DNA from: an uncultured Campylobacter sp.
GTDB taxonomy: Bacteria; Campylobacterota; Campylobacteria; Campylobacterales; Campylobacteraceae
Assembly (NCBI GenBank): GCA_963522765.1
Contig: CAUQZM010000001.1
Location: 18,329-82,328, forward strand
Direction: 5' to 3'
Length of the DNA: 64,000 nucleotides
A model generated the notes under the pieces. The model saw only the letters and a list, made by a program, of their open reading frames with translations. It was not told where the DNA came from and made no database searches. Shown in pieces: positions 38,595 through 49,181 of this stretch (position 1 is the stretch's first letter; the number at the start of each line of letters is the position of its first letter). The translations under genes were made by a program, and so were the position numbers.

Positions 38595-39792
38595 TACCTA
38601 CGGCCTTTAAAATTTTATCCACATGTTTATCCCATGTGTATTTTTGGATCACTTCATCTCTGGCGCTATCGCCCAGGCGCTGTCTTAGCTCACCATCATC
38701 CACAAGCTTCTTCATGGCAATCTCCAGCTCGTCTATATTCCCAGGCTCTACCATATAGGCGATTTTGCCGTGTTCTAAAATTTCAGACATCTGAGCCATG
38801 TCGCTGCATATTATGGCCTTACCCATAGCCATATACTCAAACAGCTTGGTGGGACTTCCGAAAAACTCGCTTCCGTCTGGATTTGGCACGGTGGCATTGA
38901 TCAGGATATCGCAAGCGTTTAGAAATTTCGCCCCATCATATTGTGGAATCAGGCCTGTTAATACGACGTTTTCTTGCAAATTGAATTCCAAAATATATTT
39001 TTTTACGATTGGCATCCTAACGCCATCGCCTATCATAAAGAGCTTTGCTTTATTTTTATACTCAGGATATTTTTTTAGCAACTTACCAAAAGCCAGAGCT
39101 ATGTTTTCAGCCCCGTGCCACTGCCCAAACGTCCCTATAAAGCCGATTACGATTTTATTTTCAAGATTATATTTTTGCTTCACATCATCGCATTTTATCT
39201 GCGGATTATATTTGCTTGCATCAATACCATTTGGATTGACGATTATTTTGTTTTCATCCACTCCAAATTTTAAAAGAATATTTTTTAGTGCCTCGGACAC
39301 TACGACTATATGAGCCGCGCTATTTAAATTATATTTTTCTATAGCGGAAACGATAGGAAGTTTGAAAATTTTATAGTAAATGGTTTTAAAAATCCGCTTT
39401 AAAAACGTATCGTTATTTTTCCAATTTTTAATTTTCCATACATCAGATGAATTAAATTCCAAAACAAATGGTATATTTTTCTTTTTTGCTATATATGCCC
39501 CGCAAAAGCTAAACCCGTTATATCTTTGATATATCGCGTCGGCCTTTAAATTTTTACAATATTTAATTATCTTAAAATTATAAAAAAGCTCAAGTATATC
39601 TTTTAGTAAAAGCGGTATTTTTATAGGCTTAACGATTGTGATATCTTTGTCTACATCGGGCAAAAAATCGTTTGAAACAACAGATAACTCGACTTTTTTA
39701 TCCATAGCATTTATGACACCCGCGGTGTGCCCTACCGAACCGCCAGCCTTTAAGCCAAACCAATAAAGCGTTCTAAGATAGAGGATTTTCAT
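38587..39792 (-). CDS. Glycosyltransferase, GT4 family
   Basis: N-terminal GLKAGGSVGHTAGV and C-terminal SEFFGSPTKLFEYMAMGKAIICSD. Confidence 0.75.
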   Translation of the reverse strand: MKILYLRTLYWFGLKAGGSVGHTAGVINAMDKKVELSVVSNDFLPDVDKDITIVKPIKIPLLLKDILELFYNFKIIKYCKNLKADAIYQRYNGFSFCGAYIAKKKNIPFVLEFNSSDVWKIKNWKNNDTFLKRIFKTIYYKIFKLPIVSAIEKYNLNSAAHIVVVSEALKNILLKFGVDENKIIVNPNGIDASKYNPQIKCDDVKQKYNLENKIVIGFIGTFGQWHGAENIALAFGKLLKKYPEYKNKAKLFMIGDGVRMPIVKKYILEFNLQENVVLTGLIPQYDGAKFLNACDILINATVPNPDGSEFFGSPTKLFEYMAMGKAIICSDMAQMSEILEHGKIAYMVEPGNIDELEIAMKKLVDDGELRQRLGDSARDEVIQKYTWDKHVDKILKAVGNE

Positions 39793-40760
39793 TATATATC
39801 GCCCACCCGCATAAATTTTAGCCTAAATTTATCTTTTGCATATTTTATCATATCGGCATCAACGTGTATCGTAGGAACAAAATCCTTACCGCTCAAGCCC
39901 CCCACATCCAAATCCTTTATGGAGAAAAATTTACATTCCGCCTTATCGGCGATACTCGCAAGAAGCCTTTTATATTCATTTATTAATTTATCATTTATAC
40001 TTATTGTTACGTATTTCTTATCTTTAAAACTATACTTCAAATTTAAAAAATTAAAACTATGTAAAAAAAGCACTATTATACAATTTTCAGGCATCAGATC
40101 TATCGCTTTTAAAATTTCATCCGCACTAGAGCCGTATCTAAAATCAAATTTTTGAAAACTACTTTTTGTTTTTATAAAACCGTAATGCTTTTGTTTTTCA
40201 TAAACGCTCACGGGCAGCTGCAACACGCCGTTTTTTTCGGACACTTTATTTATGTAATCATAGTTTATCTTGCAATTTCCGTTTTTATAGAAAAACGAGC
40301 TGTCTATAAAAATATCATTAAGTTTCAAAGCCTGAATAGTATCGTCGTTCGCTCCATACCCACCAGCCCTATGAGCCAAGACGTCTATACCGATCCACTC
40401 TTGTATCTTTTGCTTACCAAATTTTATAATTTCTACTTGTTCATCCAAGCTATACTGCCACATAAATTTTCTATTTTTATCATATCTGCTGGACGGATGA
40501 GTATGTAAATTTACGCCGTGTCCGCCCCGGATAATATCGCAACATAACCGATCAAATTTATGCTCGCCGTACCTTTCATAAGGATACACATCCACAAAAT
40601 GCTCCAGCATCGCACCGTATTCGCTCGCCAGATCATTTATAAGCTTTACGCCTACTTCCCTACCCAGGATCTCGCCTTTTATAAAAATCTCAAACGCATC
40701 GGACCTATCCGCATGCAGTTCGCCGACTTCAGTATCACAGGTTATCAAAATTTGTTTCAT
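39792..40760 (-). CDS. Hypothetical; possibly polysaccharide deacetylase-like (tentative)
   Basis: ILITCDTEVGE and GVNLHTHPSS resemble the Asp and His metal motifs of CE4-like or WalW/WbmS-type proteins. Based on weak pattern matching only. Confidence 0.4.
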   Translation of the reverse strand: MKQILITCDTEVGELHADRSDAFEIFIKGEILGREVGVKLINDLASEYGAMLEHFVDVYPYERYGEHKFDRLCCDIIRGGHGVNLHTHPSSRYDKNRKFMWQYSLDEQVEIIKFGKQKIQEWIGIDVLAHRAGGYGANDDTIQALKLNDIFIDSSFFYKNGNCKINYDYINKVSEKNGVLQLPVSVYEKQKHYGFIKTKSSFQKFDFRYGSSADEILKAIDLMPENCIIVLFLHSFNFLNLKYSFKDKKYVTISINDKLINEYKRLLASIADKAECKFFSIKDLDVGGLSGKDFVPTIHVDADMIKYAKDKFRLKFMRVGDI

Positions 40761-40773
40761 TCAAATCAACCAA

Positions 40774-41742
40774 TCATATTTTATTCTTAAACCAAAGTAT
40801 TGCCCGAAATAGTGTATTTAAGAATGATCTATAAATCAATATTCCTCCAAAATAATATCGCAATTCACCACCAAATCTATCTTTAAATCTATTTATGCTT
40901 ATTGACTTCTCATCTTCACCAAAAGAGCAGCCGCCAAAATCATACTGGGCAATACCATTTTTTTTAAAATATCTTATTGCCTCCCATTGCAACAAATTCG
41001 AAGATCCCAAAATACAATTATTTATAGAACCACCATGCCAATATATAGACATATTGTCAGAAATTATAAAAATTGCTCCAGCTTGAATAATACCATCGTG
41101 TTTTGCAAAAAAAATTTTTATTCTATTTGTTTTATTTAACGCAAAAAAATACCTTAATAGATACTCAACTTTTAAGGATGGCTTATTTGATCTGGCATAC
41201 GTTTCGATAGTAATCTTCTGAAAATCATATATTCCTTGCTCGCTGGTGTCCTCTAATATTTGCACATTTTCTTTTTGCGCCCTTCTTATAACATTACGGT
41301 GTTTGCTATGTATATTAGAAAATATTACGTCTTCATTTTGAGTTAAATCTAAAACAGATGAGCCGTATCTATATATTTCATTAAAATTATTTAGTTCTAA
41401 AAAATCTATATTTGTAAATTTTGATAATGTGATAGAGTAAAAAATTACCTTAAAGGGATTAAAGACTCTTAAAATTTCTTTAAAGGCGATATCCAGTAAT
41501 TCGGTAGTTTGAATATTTGGCTCTGAAATAATATTGATATATCTAAAATATCTAAAACCTACTACGAAAAACTGCCATTTAAAAATAATATCTTTATCTT
41601 TTATGATTAGAAAATACGGAATTGAAAATTTACCACTAGTATTTGCAAATTCAAATAGTTGTGTTGGATTCTTTATACTAATATTCCACTCTATCGGGTT
41701 AATTAAATCTTTTGTAAGAATTCTAATTTCCATTAAGGACAC
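40774..41742 (-). CDS. FemAB-like / GNAT-fold acyl- or aminoacyl-transferase
   Basis: HSKHRNVIRRAQKENV, YWHGGS and NLLQWEAIRYFKKNGIAQYDFGG resemble the FemAB/lipid II glycyltransferase-like family. Confidence 0.55.
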   Translation of the reverse strand: MSLMEIRILTKDLINPIEWNISIKNPTQLFEFANTSGKFSIPYFLIIKDKDIIFKWQFFVVGFRYFRYINIISEPNIQTTELLDIAFKEILRVFNPFKVIFYSITLSKFTNIDFLELNNFNEIYRYGSSVLDLTQNEDVIFSNIHSKHRNVIRRAQKENVQILEDTSEQGIYDFQKITIETYARSNKPSLKVEYLLRYFFALNKTNRIKIFFAKHDGIIQAGAIFIISDNMSIYWHGGSINNCILGSSNLLQWEAIRYFKKNGIAQYDFGGCSFGEDEKSISINRFKDRFGGELRYYFGGILIYRSFLNTLFRAILWFKNKI

Positions 41743-42781
41743 CTCTTAACTTGCCTATTTTTTCTTCATCAAAGCAATCCAGGTCTATTAGCAATAGTTT
41801 TTTAGATAGTTCTTCGACATTTGCGGTCTTTTGTTCATGCCAATATTTTTGAAAATACGGCCATACTCTTCTGGTTTTAATATTAAGAGCGCCAAAAATA
41901 CGCTCTAGCTTCTCAAGTTCATCGCTATATATTACATAGTTTGTAAATATATTATTGTCTACATTAAAAAAGGACGGTAAAATTTCATTAAGCCTGGATG
42001 CAACTTTTTTCCTAGTATTAATCGCAAGCCTTAACTTTCTTATGGCGATCAAGATATATTTCAATTGCTCTGAAGTCATCCTGGTATCAAATATATGGAA
42101 ATTTTTTCCAATGTCATTGCTGGTTATTTTATAAAAATAGTTTTTTTGATAAAAACCAAGAATTTTGAGCAGCTTGGAGGCACTCATTTTAATAAATTTT
42201 AGAAGTTCACATTTTTTATATCCGCTGCAAGACCTATCGCTTTTAATGGCCTCCATATAATTAAAGGCTTCAGTGTTTAAAATGAATGTATGAAAAATAC
42301 TCTTATTTTTGTCCTGAATGCTTAGACATTCTTTCCGTATTTTATGATCTTTTGTAACTATTAATCCCCCGCCGGGAGAAATCATATTCTTTGAAAAAGA
42401 ATATATAGCGACATCGCCGATCAAATCTTTCTTTAAGCCATAACAATGAGCCCTATCTTCTATGTGAATAAGGTTGTATTTTTTTGCAATATCTTGTATT
42501 TTTACAACATGGTCCATATAGGCGCCATAATAATGGTGAGATATAATTGCTATCGTATCGGATGAAATTTTATTTTTTATATCATCTTGAATCATTTCTA
42601 AACTATGCACATCAATATCCACAAACACTGGAATCCCGCCAGCCTGTACTATTGCATCCGGCAGCGTTGTAGCGCATGTAAAAGCCGGCAATAAAACTTT
42701 TTTGCCTTTTGCGCCTATAGATAATAAAGCTAAGTATATCGCAGTTCTTGCATAACTCGTATATATTTTATATTTTGGCAT
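41723..42781 (-). CDS. DegT/DnrJ/EryC1/StrS family sugar aminotransferase
   Basis: TSYARTAIYLALLSIGAKGKKVLLPAFTCATTLPDAIVQAGGIPVFVDID and a candidate PLP lysine in YSFSKNM. Confidence 0.75.
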   Translation of the reverse strand: MPKYKIYTSYARTAIYLALLSIGAKGKKVLLPAFTCATTLPDAIVQAGGIPVFVDIDVHSLEMIQDDIKNKISSDTIAIISHHYYGAYMDHVVKIQDIAKKYNLIHIEDRAHCYGLKKDLIGDVAIYSFSKNMISPGGGLIVTKDHKIRKECLSIQDKNKSIFHTFILNTEAFNYMEAIKSDRSCSGYKKCELLKFIKMSASKLLKILGFYQKNYFYKITSNDIGKNFHIFDTRMTSEQLKYILIAIRKLRLAINTRKKVASRLNEILPSFFNVDNNIFTNYVIYSDELEKLERIFGALNIKTRRVWPYFQKYWHEQKTANVEELSKKLLLIDLDCFDEEKIGKLRGVLNGN

Positions 42782-43982
42782 AGTAAATCTTTGTATATAA
42801 AAATAGCGAATACAAATTTGATATCATACTTGACATACAGGCTCCAATCGCGCCCATTATCGGAACTAATAAAATACTAGATAAAGCAGTCATAATCGTC
42901 ATTTTTATATTAGCCTTTTTTAGCTCTTTCCCATATCCATGCCCATTAATCCAAGCATTATATGGTTGATAAAGGGCTTGGAAACAAACCGCGATAGACA
43001 TCAAAAGCAGCAAGAAAGAAACATCACTGTATTCTTCTTTTAGATAAAAATTTATAATTAAATACCCCAGTATATTAGCTAAAACAAACGCTAGAAATAC
43101 CCAAACTAAATTTGCCTTTAAAACGGCAGTGGGTATTTTGCTGCTATTTGCTAGCATTTTAAACATAGTACTACTCATCGCATTTGATAGCGAATTTATC
43201 GGGGTGGCCATAGAATTTGCCAGCCCATAAAAGCCAACATCCTTTGCACCCATAAAATACCCTATTAAAAGCCTGTCTATATTGTATGTCGAAACGTCAA
43301 TTACTCTACCTACATACACATGTATACCGTAGCGTTTGTTTTCTAAATTTATAATTCCAAAGATCTCAGAAAAATCACTAAAATTTGGTCGTAATATACA
43401 CCCATATATCACAAATGCAAGCGCATAAGACAATGAAAACGACAAAAGAGCATTTAGTGGAGTTAAGCCTTCAAAAATAAACAAAATGAATAAAAATACT
43501 ACAAATAAAATTTTAGAAAATATATTAAAACCAGCTAAATAACCTATGTGATTACTACCTTTTAATATTAGTTCCATAAAAAATGGAATTGTAAAACTCC
43601 AACTAACAAAGGATGAAATTCTAATGATATGACCTATCTTGTCATCAAAAATGATATCTAGTAGAAAAGAAATAGCTAACGAAAATAGTAAAAATAATAC
43701 AAATATAACACAGACTATAATTATCGATGCTCCAAATATCTTTTTTTCCAAATTTATATCATGATTTTTCGCCAGCATTTTTGAAGCGCTAGAAAAATAT
43801 CCGAACTCAAAAAATATGGAAATAAATATGATGATAGCTAAGGCCAAAGAATATATCCCAAAATCAACCGCTCCCATCTGTTTTGCCAAAAGCATATTAG
43901 ATACAAAGCCCACAACCATACCAAATATCTGTGCTACAAAAAGGAAGGTCGTTTGATAAAATACTTTATTTTTTGCTATCAA
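42768..43982 (-). CDS. wzx: Oligosaccharide flippase (Wzx / MOP superfamily)
   Basis: 404 aa with about 12 hydrophobic spans, and a typical N-terminus (VAQIFGMVVGFVSNMLLAKQMGAVDFG). Confidence 0.7.
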   Translation of the reverse strand: MIAKNKVFYQTTFLFVAQIFGMVVGFVSNMLLAKQMGAVDFGIYSLALAIIIFISIFFEFGYFSSASKMLAKNHDINLEKKIFGASIIIVCVIFVLFLLFSLAISFLLDIIFDDKIGHIIRISSFVSWSFTIPFFMELILKGSNHIGYLAGFNIFSKILFVVFLFILFIFEGLTPLNALLSFSLSYALAFVIYGCILRPNFSDFSEIFGIINLENKRYGIHVYVGRVIDVSTYNIDRLLIGYFMGAKDVGFYGLANSMATPINSLSNAMSSTMFKMLANSSKIPTAVLKANLVWVFLAFVLANILGYLIINFYLKEEYSDVSFLLLLMSIAVCFQALYQPYNAWINGHGYGKELKKANIKMTIMTALSSILLVPIMGAIGACMSSMISNLYSLFLYTKIYYAKI

Positions 43983-45816
43983 AATTTATCTCCAGCCATT
44001 TTTCTAAAGCAAATAATATCCACATCTTATATCCCTGATTTTTATATTTAGTGTGGATATCTAATAGCTTCTGCAAGAAAATTTTAGATATAAATTCATG
44101 TATCATAGCTTTTTTAAGCAATAATTCCTTTTGATACCATATAGGCATAATATTTTGCAAAAAAGGTGTTAAGAGCATACCGAAACCGACTTTTGGCCGA
44201 TTTAAAATATAGCTAGGAAGCTTATTTTTTGCTATTTCTTTTAAAATACTCTTGGCGCCATATTTCATCTTTGTATCGAACGATAGGCTAGAACTGTATT
44301 CAATAAGAAAATGATCCATAAACGGACTCCTTGCTTCTACGCTTTGGGACATCGTGGAATAGTCTATCTTCTGCAAGATAAGCTCGGGGAGTCGCATTTT
44401 ATATTCAACATTAAGAATTTTTCTTAAAAAACTATCAGGCAAATCATCTCTTATTTCAGACATATAATTATGTAGAATTCTATATGAATTAAAAGACTTA
44501 TCGCTCAACCAAAAACTTCTTTTTTCAAATTCGGTAAAGCCGTGTATGTGGCGCCTAGAAATAATGTCATTATTATAGAAAATATCAAACTTTCTAGCAA
44601 ATTTCTCTGGCAGGCTTTTAAACATAAAATTTAAATTCTTAAAATGCTTCAAAATATTATATTCTTTATTTAATTTTTCATATATAGGATAACCGCCCAT
44701 TTCATCGCCACCCTCGCCAACGATCATAACTTTAAGACTATTGCTTTTGCTAAGCTTTGATAGGAAATACAGCAAAGCGGAATTTACATCCCCGGTAGGG
44801 CTATCTATTTGTTTAGTCATATATTCTTTCGCTAACTCTTCAAAATCGTTGGAAGAAATAACGCTTTTAATAAATTTTACACCAAGTTCTTTTGAAAATT
44901 TTTGTGCTATTTCTGATTCGTCATATATATCATCCGCATCATAACTTATGTTAATTGCATCTATCTTTCCGGCCTCTTTACTTGAATAAAATAAATTTAA
45001 AGAGCTATCTATACCGCCGCTAAGCGCTATAGCTATATCGACGTCTGCTATATTTCTATATTTCATTGATTTTACAAGCAGATCTTCAGTTTTTTCGGTA
45101 GCCTGCAAAAAATTATCCGCGTTATCTACATTAATAAAATCCGCAATATTCCAATACTTTACTTTTTCTATTTTATTCTTTGTAATTTTTAAATAATGAC
45201 CGCATTCTAATTTATAAATATTAGCGAAAAAAGTATCAGGAGCATTGGTTGTTAAAAATGTCAGATAATTATATATCGCCTCCTCATTAATACGCTTCTC
45301 AACTACGCTTGCCTTAAAAAATGCATGAATTTCTGAAGAAAAATATAGAGCATTATTACTCATAGTAAAAAACAACGGCTTTTTACCCATTCTGTCTCTA
45401 ATAAGAATAGTTTCCATTTTTACTTTATCGTATAGGGCAATAGCAAAAAAACCGTTAAAATATTTTATGCATTCTAGTCCCCACTCTTTATAGGCATATA
45501 GAATAGTTTCGGTGTCAGAGTGATCCGTTTTAAAACTATATTTTGATTTTAATTTCTCTCTAATCTCTAAATGGTTATAAATTTCACCGTTAAAAATCAA
45601 AACTAAAGTATTTTCATCATCAACCATCGGCTGATCAGCTGTAGTAGATAGATCTAGTATAGACAGCCTTCTGTGTCCAAACACAACATTCTCATCAGAG
45701 TAAAAACCTTCGCTATCGGGCCCTCTATGTATTATTGCGCTTGACATATTTTTTATATCATCAATATCTTTCTGCGTTATTCCTTTATAAGAGACCTTAC
45801 CGACTATTCCACACAT
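43966..45816 (-). CDS. Asparagine synthase (glutamine-hydrolysing)-like amidotransferase
   Basis: N-terminal nucleophile MCGIVG and the PP-loop ALSGGIDSS. 616 aa. Confidence 0.85.
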   Translation of the reverse strand: MCGIVGKVSYKGITQKDIDDIKNMSSAIIHRGPDSEGFYSDENVVFGHRRLSILDLSTTADQPMVDDENTLVLIFNGEIYNHLEIREKLKSKYSFKTDHSDTETILYAYKEWGLECIKYFNGFFAIALYDKVKMETILIRDRMGKKPLFFTMSNNALYFSSEIHAFFKASVVEKRINEEAIYNYLTFLTTNAPDTFFANIYKLECGHYLKITKNKIEKVKYWNIADFINVDNADNFLQATEKTEDLLVKSMKYRNIADVDIAIALSGGIDSSLNLFYSSKEAGKIDAINISYDADDIYDESEIAQKFSKELGVKFIKSVISSNDFEELAKEYMTKQIDSPTGDVNSALLYFLSKLSKSNSLKVMIVGEGGDEMGGYPIYEKLNKEYNILKHFKNLNFMFKSLPEKFARKFDIFYNNDIISRRHIHGFTEFEKRSFWLSDKSFNSYRILHNYMSEIRDDLPDSFLRKILNVEYKMRLPELILQKIDYSTMSQSVEARSPFMDHFLIEYSSSLSFDTKMKYGAKSILKEIAKNKLPSYILNRPKVGFGMLLTPFLQNIMPIWYQKELLLKKAMIHEFISKIFLQKLLDIHTKYKNQGYKMWILFALEKWLEINFDSKK

Positions 45817-45831
45817 TATTTTGATCCGAAT

Positions 45832-47961
45832 TTACAATATAAAGCTTATCTCCGTCGTCTGCACCATATCCCAAAGCTCTATCGGCCAGCTTTTTTTGCT
45901 TCCTTTTAGAGCCCCAAATAGCGCCTCAAGCTCTTCGAGCTGCCCCTTTTGGCTTACGTTCGTTGAAATTTCTTTCACCCCAATTCCGTATCCTTTAAGA
46001 CTTTTATAGTCATCTAAAACGATGCTCTTGCCGTCAAAGTGAATCTCCATAAATTCCTTACTTAGCTCCTTGCTGCCGTTTGCGAAATACTCGATATTTG
46101 CTACCGAGCCGTCTTTGTATTTTAAGACGATGGATTTGTTATCCTCGGCGCTATATTTTTCATTACTCGGCGTGATCGCCTGCGAAAATACGCTCTGTAT
46201 CTCGCTGCCCGTCAGCGCCGTCATTAGATCTATTATGTGGCACGCTTCGCCCACCATTCTGCCGCCGTTTTCGTGCACCCAGTGATCCATCGGTATGTAA
46301 CCCGCGTTCATTCTATATCTAATTATCATCGGATTTATTCTAGCGCTCGTGTGCTTTTTTATCTCCTGTGCATAGGCGCTAAATCGCCTGTTAAATCCCA
46401 CGAATAAAAGGGGCTTGTCGCCTCCACCTTCGTAAAATTTCTTTATCTTTTCAAGCTCCTCTTTGTTTGTCGCAAGCGGCTTTTCTACAAATACGTTTTT
46501 GCCCGCTTCAAGCGCCTTTAAAGTAAGCTCCGCATGGCTATCGTGCCTTGTGGATATTATCACAAGATCGACGTTTTTGTCATTTAAAACATCGTCTAAA
46601 TTTGAAGTAGCGTAGTTCGCTCCGTATTGCTGCGCCACGGCCTTTGCTTTATGTCCGCTCCGGTTCATGATCGCGTAAATTTTATACTTGTCCGTAAGCT
46701 TTGAGATATTAGGCAGGTGCATACCGGTAGCAAATCCACCAACGCCTACGAATGCGACGTTTATCACATCTCTGTTTACGGGTATAGAATTTATAATGAT
46801 TTTTTTATCGTGATTTAGATAGTTATCAAGCTCGGTCAAATTTGCCTCGCCGTAGTCGAGCAAAACCATAAGCGGCTTATTCTGCGATGTTTGCAGCGAC
46901 TCAAACGCCTCCGTTACCTGCTCGATAGGGTATTTTGCGTCTATGAGCTTATCCAGCTTTATCAAATTTTCATTTACCAGCCTTAGATACTCGCTCATAT
47001 TTCGATTTTCGGTCCATCTGACGTAGCTAAACGGATAATCAAGCCCCCCCTCTTCGTAGCTCTTGTCGTAGCGACCAGGACCATAAGAGGTGGAGATGAG
47101 AAAATCGAGCTCCTTTTTATACATATCCTCTCTATTGATCTGCATGCCGGCAACGCCTACGAGCACCACTCTGCCCTTTTTCTTACACATCTGAAAACTT
47201 TGCGATAGCGGCTCGCTACTGCTCGTAGCGGCGGTAAATAGCACTCCATCGGCGCCGTATCCGCCGCTCCAGGATGAAACGACATCCAGCAAATCGTCTT
47301 TTGACGGGTTTATGACGAGCTCGGCGCCATATTCCTTTGCTATCTGTAAGCGCCTATCGTCAAAATCGCTGACCGCAACCCTTACGCCTGAAATTTTAAG
47401 CATCTGTACCGCAAGAAGCCCCAAAATCCCAGCTCCCACCACTACGCAGGTCTCACCCAGCCTTAGATCGATCCGCCTAACGCCCTGCATCGCTATGCCG
47501 CCTAGCGTCACGGTGCAAGCCCGCTCAAAGTCCATATCCTGCGGCATTTTCATAACTAAATTTTTTGGCACGTCTACGTATTCTGCATGGTTCGCAAGCC
47601 CTGCACCGGCTGCAGCGACGTGCTCACCGATTTCAAAATTTGAAACGCCCTCTCCGACTGCTATGACGACGCCGCTAAGCGAATAGCCGGTCGGACTTCC
47701 GCTATCAAGCTTGCCCTTTACCTTCGCATAGACGCTAGCTATTCCGTCGGATTTCACCATATTGATGACTTTTTTTACGTTCTCCGGCTGCTCCAAGGCT
47801 CTTCTAATTAAGCTCTTTCCGCTATTTGATACGCCGCTTATCTCGGTGCCCGCTGATATGCAGCTATTTACTACTTTTATAAGAACGCATCCCCTTGAAA
47901 CGCTCGGAGCAGGCATCTGCTCTGCTAAAACTTTACCTTTTTTAACTATTGCTTGTATCAT
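45832..47961 (-). CDS. Bi-domain oxidoreductase: N-terminal MDR/zinc-ADH-like domain fused to a C-terminal Gfo/Idh/MocA domain
   Basis: The N-half has the Rossmann motif VVGAGILGLLAVQ after an ADH-like GroES domain. The C-half has VAFVGVGGFATGMHLPN and EKPLA, typical of Gfo/Idh/MocA. Confidence 0.75.
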   Translation of the reverse strand: MIQAIVKKGKVLAEQMPAPSVSRGCVLIKVVNSCISAGTEISGVSNSGKSLIRRALEQPENVKKVINMVKSDGIASVYAKVKGKLDSGSPTGYSLSGVVIAVGEGVSNFEIGEHVAAAGAGLANHAEYVDVPKNLVMKMPQDMDFERACTVTLGGIAMQGVRRIDLRLGETCVVVGAGILGLLAVQMLKISGVRVAVSDFDDRRLQIAKEYGAELVINPSKDDLLDVVSSWSGGYGADGVLFTAATSSSEPLSQSFQMCKKKGRVVLVGVAGMQINREDMYKKELDFLISTSYGPGRYDKSYEEGGLDYPFSYVRWTENRNMSEYLRLVNENLIKLDKLIDAKYPIEQVTEAFESLQTSQNKPLMVLLDYGEANLTELDNYLNHDKKIIINSIPVNRDVINVAFVGVGGFATGMHLPNISKLTDKYKIYAIMNRSGHKAKAVAQQYGANYATSNLDDVLNDKNVDLVIISTRHDSHAELTLKALEAGKNVFVEKPLATNKEELEKIKKFYEGGGDKPLLFVGFNRRFSAYAQEIKKHTSARINPMIIRYRMNAGYIPMDHWVHENGGRMVGEACHIIDLMTALTGSEIQSVFSQAITPSNEKYSAEDNKSIVLKYKDGSVANIEYFANGSKELSKEFMEIHFDGKSIVLDDYKSLKGYGIGVKEISTNVSQKGQLEELEALFGALKGSKKSWPIELWDMVQTTEISFIL

Positions 47962-47981
47962 TAACTATACCTTGAAAAATA

Positions 47982-49181
47982 TTAAATATTAGTATTTCGC
48001 ACGCCGCAAAAATCCAAAATTTCTTTTTCTATTTTCAGCCCCTTAAATTCCTTATGTCCGACTAAAAATACGATAATGTCTGAAATTTCAATAGCCTTTT
48101 TATAATCCACTATCTCAAAATCCTTGTGAGCCTTGATATTGGGCTCTACGGCGACCACATCGACGCCGTCTGCGATCAGGCGTCTGGTTATATTTAGCGC
48201 AGGCGACTCCCGCAAATCGTCGATGTCGGGCTTAAAAGTAAGCCCCATGCACGCGACTTTGGGCTTTCTGCCGTTTTGCAGCTCAAATTTCAAAGCGGCG
48301 TTTTTGATTTTTTCAATACACCACTCAGCTTTGTGATCATTGACCTCTCTTGCGGATTTGATCAGCCTTGCTTCGTAGCCGCCCGCATGCACTATAAACC
48401 ACGGATCGACCGCTATGCAGTGCCCGCCTACGCCGCAGCCCGGGTTTAAAATATTAACTCGCGGATGGCGATTTGCTAGAGAAATGAGCTCCCAAACGTT
48501 AATGCCGAATTTATCGCACAAAATGCTAAGCTCGTTTGCAAAGGCTATGTTTACGTCGCGAAAGGAATTTTCGGTCAGTTTCGACATCTCTGCGGTTTTT
48601 GAGTCGGTCTGCAAAACTTCGCCTTCTACGAATTCTTCGTAAAATTCCGCCGTTTTTTCTGCAGCTTCTCTGTTTAGACCGCCCACGATCCTATCGTTTT
48701 GCGTGAGCTCTTTTAAAATTTTACCCGGCAAAACCCTCTCCGGGCAATGAGCGATATAAATTTTAGAAATATCAACACCGCCATTTTTTAAAATTTCACC
48801 TATCTTTTCGGTAGTACCTACCGGTGAAGTGGATTCTAAAACGACCATATTATCGTCTTTTACGTATGGTATTATAGATTTTGCCGCACTTATGACATAA
48901 TCGATATTTGGCACGTATCCGTCTCGAAACGGCGTCGGAACAGCTATGATAAAAACGTCTGCGAAATCAGGCTTAACGTCTGCTTTTAAATTTCCGCTCT
49001 GCACTGCTTTTTTAACAAATCCATCTAGTTCCGGCTCGACGATATGAATTTTACCATCATTAATCGTATCTACGACGCTCTGCACCACATCAACGCCATG
49101 GATTTTATAGCCCCTATTTGCCAAAAGCGCCGCCGTAGGCAGCCCTATGTACCCAAGACCTAAGATGCAAACTTTTTTCAT
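47982..49181 (-). CDS. wecC: UDP-N-acetyl-D-mannosamine dehydrogenase (UDP-glucose/GDP-mannose dehydrogenase family)
   Basis: MKKVCILGLGYIGLPTAALLA and the catalytic region GVGGHCI. Confidence 0.85.
   Translation of the reverse strand: MKKVCILGLGYIGLPTAALLANRGYKIHGVDVVQSVVDTINDGKIHIVEPELDGFVKKAVQSGNLKADVKPDFADVFIIAVPTPFRDGYVPNIDYVISAAKSIIPYVKDDNMVVLESTSPVGTTEKIGEILKNGGVDISKIYIAHCPERVLPGKILKELTQNDRIVGGLNREAAEKTAEFYEEFVEGEVLQTDSKTAEMSKLTENSFRDVNIAFANELSILCDKFGINVWELISLANRHPRVNILNPGCGVGGHCIAVDPWFIVHAGGYEARLIKSAREVNDHKAEWCIEKIKNAALKFELQNGRKPKVACMGLTFKPDIDDLRESPALNITRRLIADGVDVVAVEPNIKAHKDFEIVDYKKAIEISDIIVFLVGHKEFKGLKIEKEILDFCGVRNTNI

Noticed and set aside
47044-47050. C7 (G7 on the coding strand) homopolymer inside the bi-domain oxidoreductase, as a phase-variation switch
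   Set aside because: It is shorter than the G8-G13 tracts that typically phase-vary in Campylobacter. It encodes Gly-Gly in a conserved-looking region. Other C6 runs (34985..34990, 39898..39903) are shorter still.
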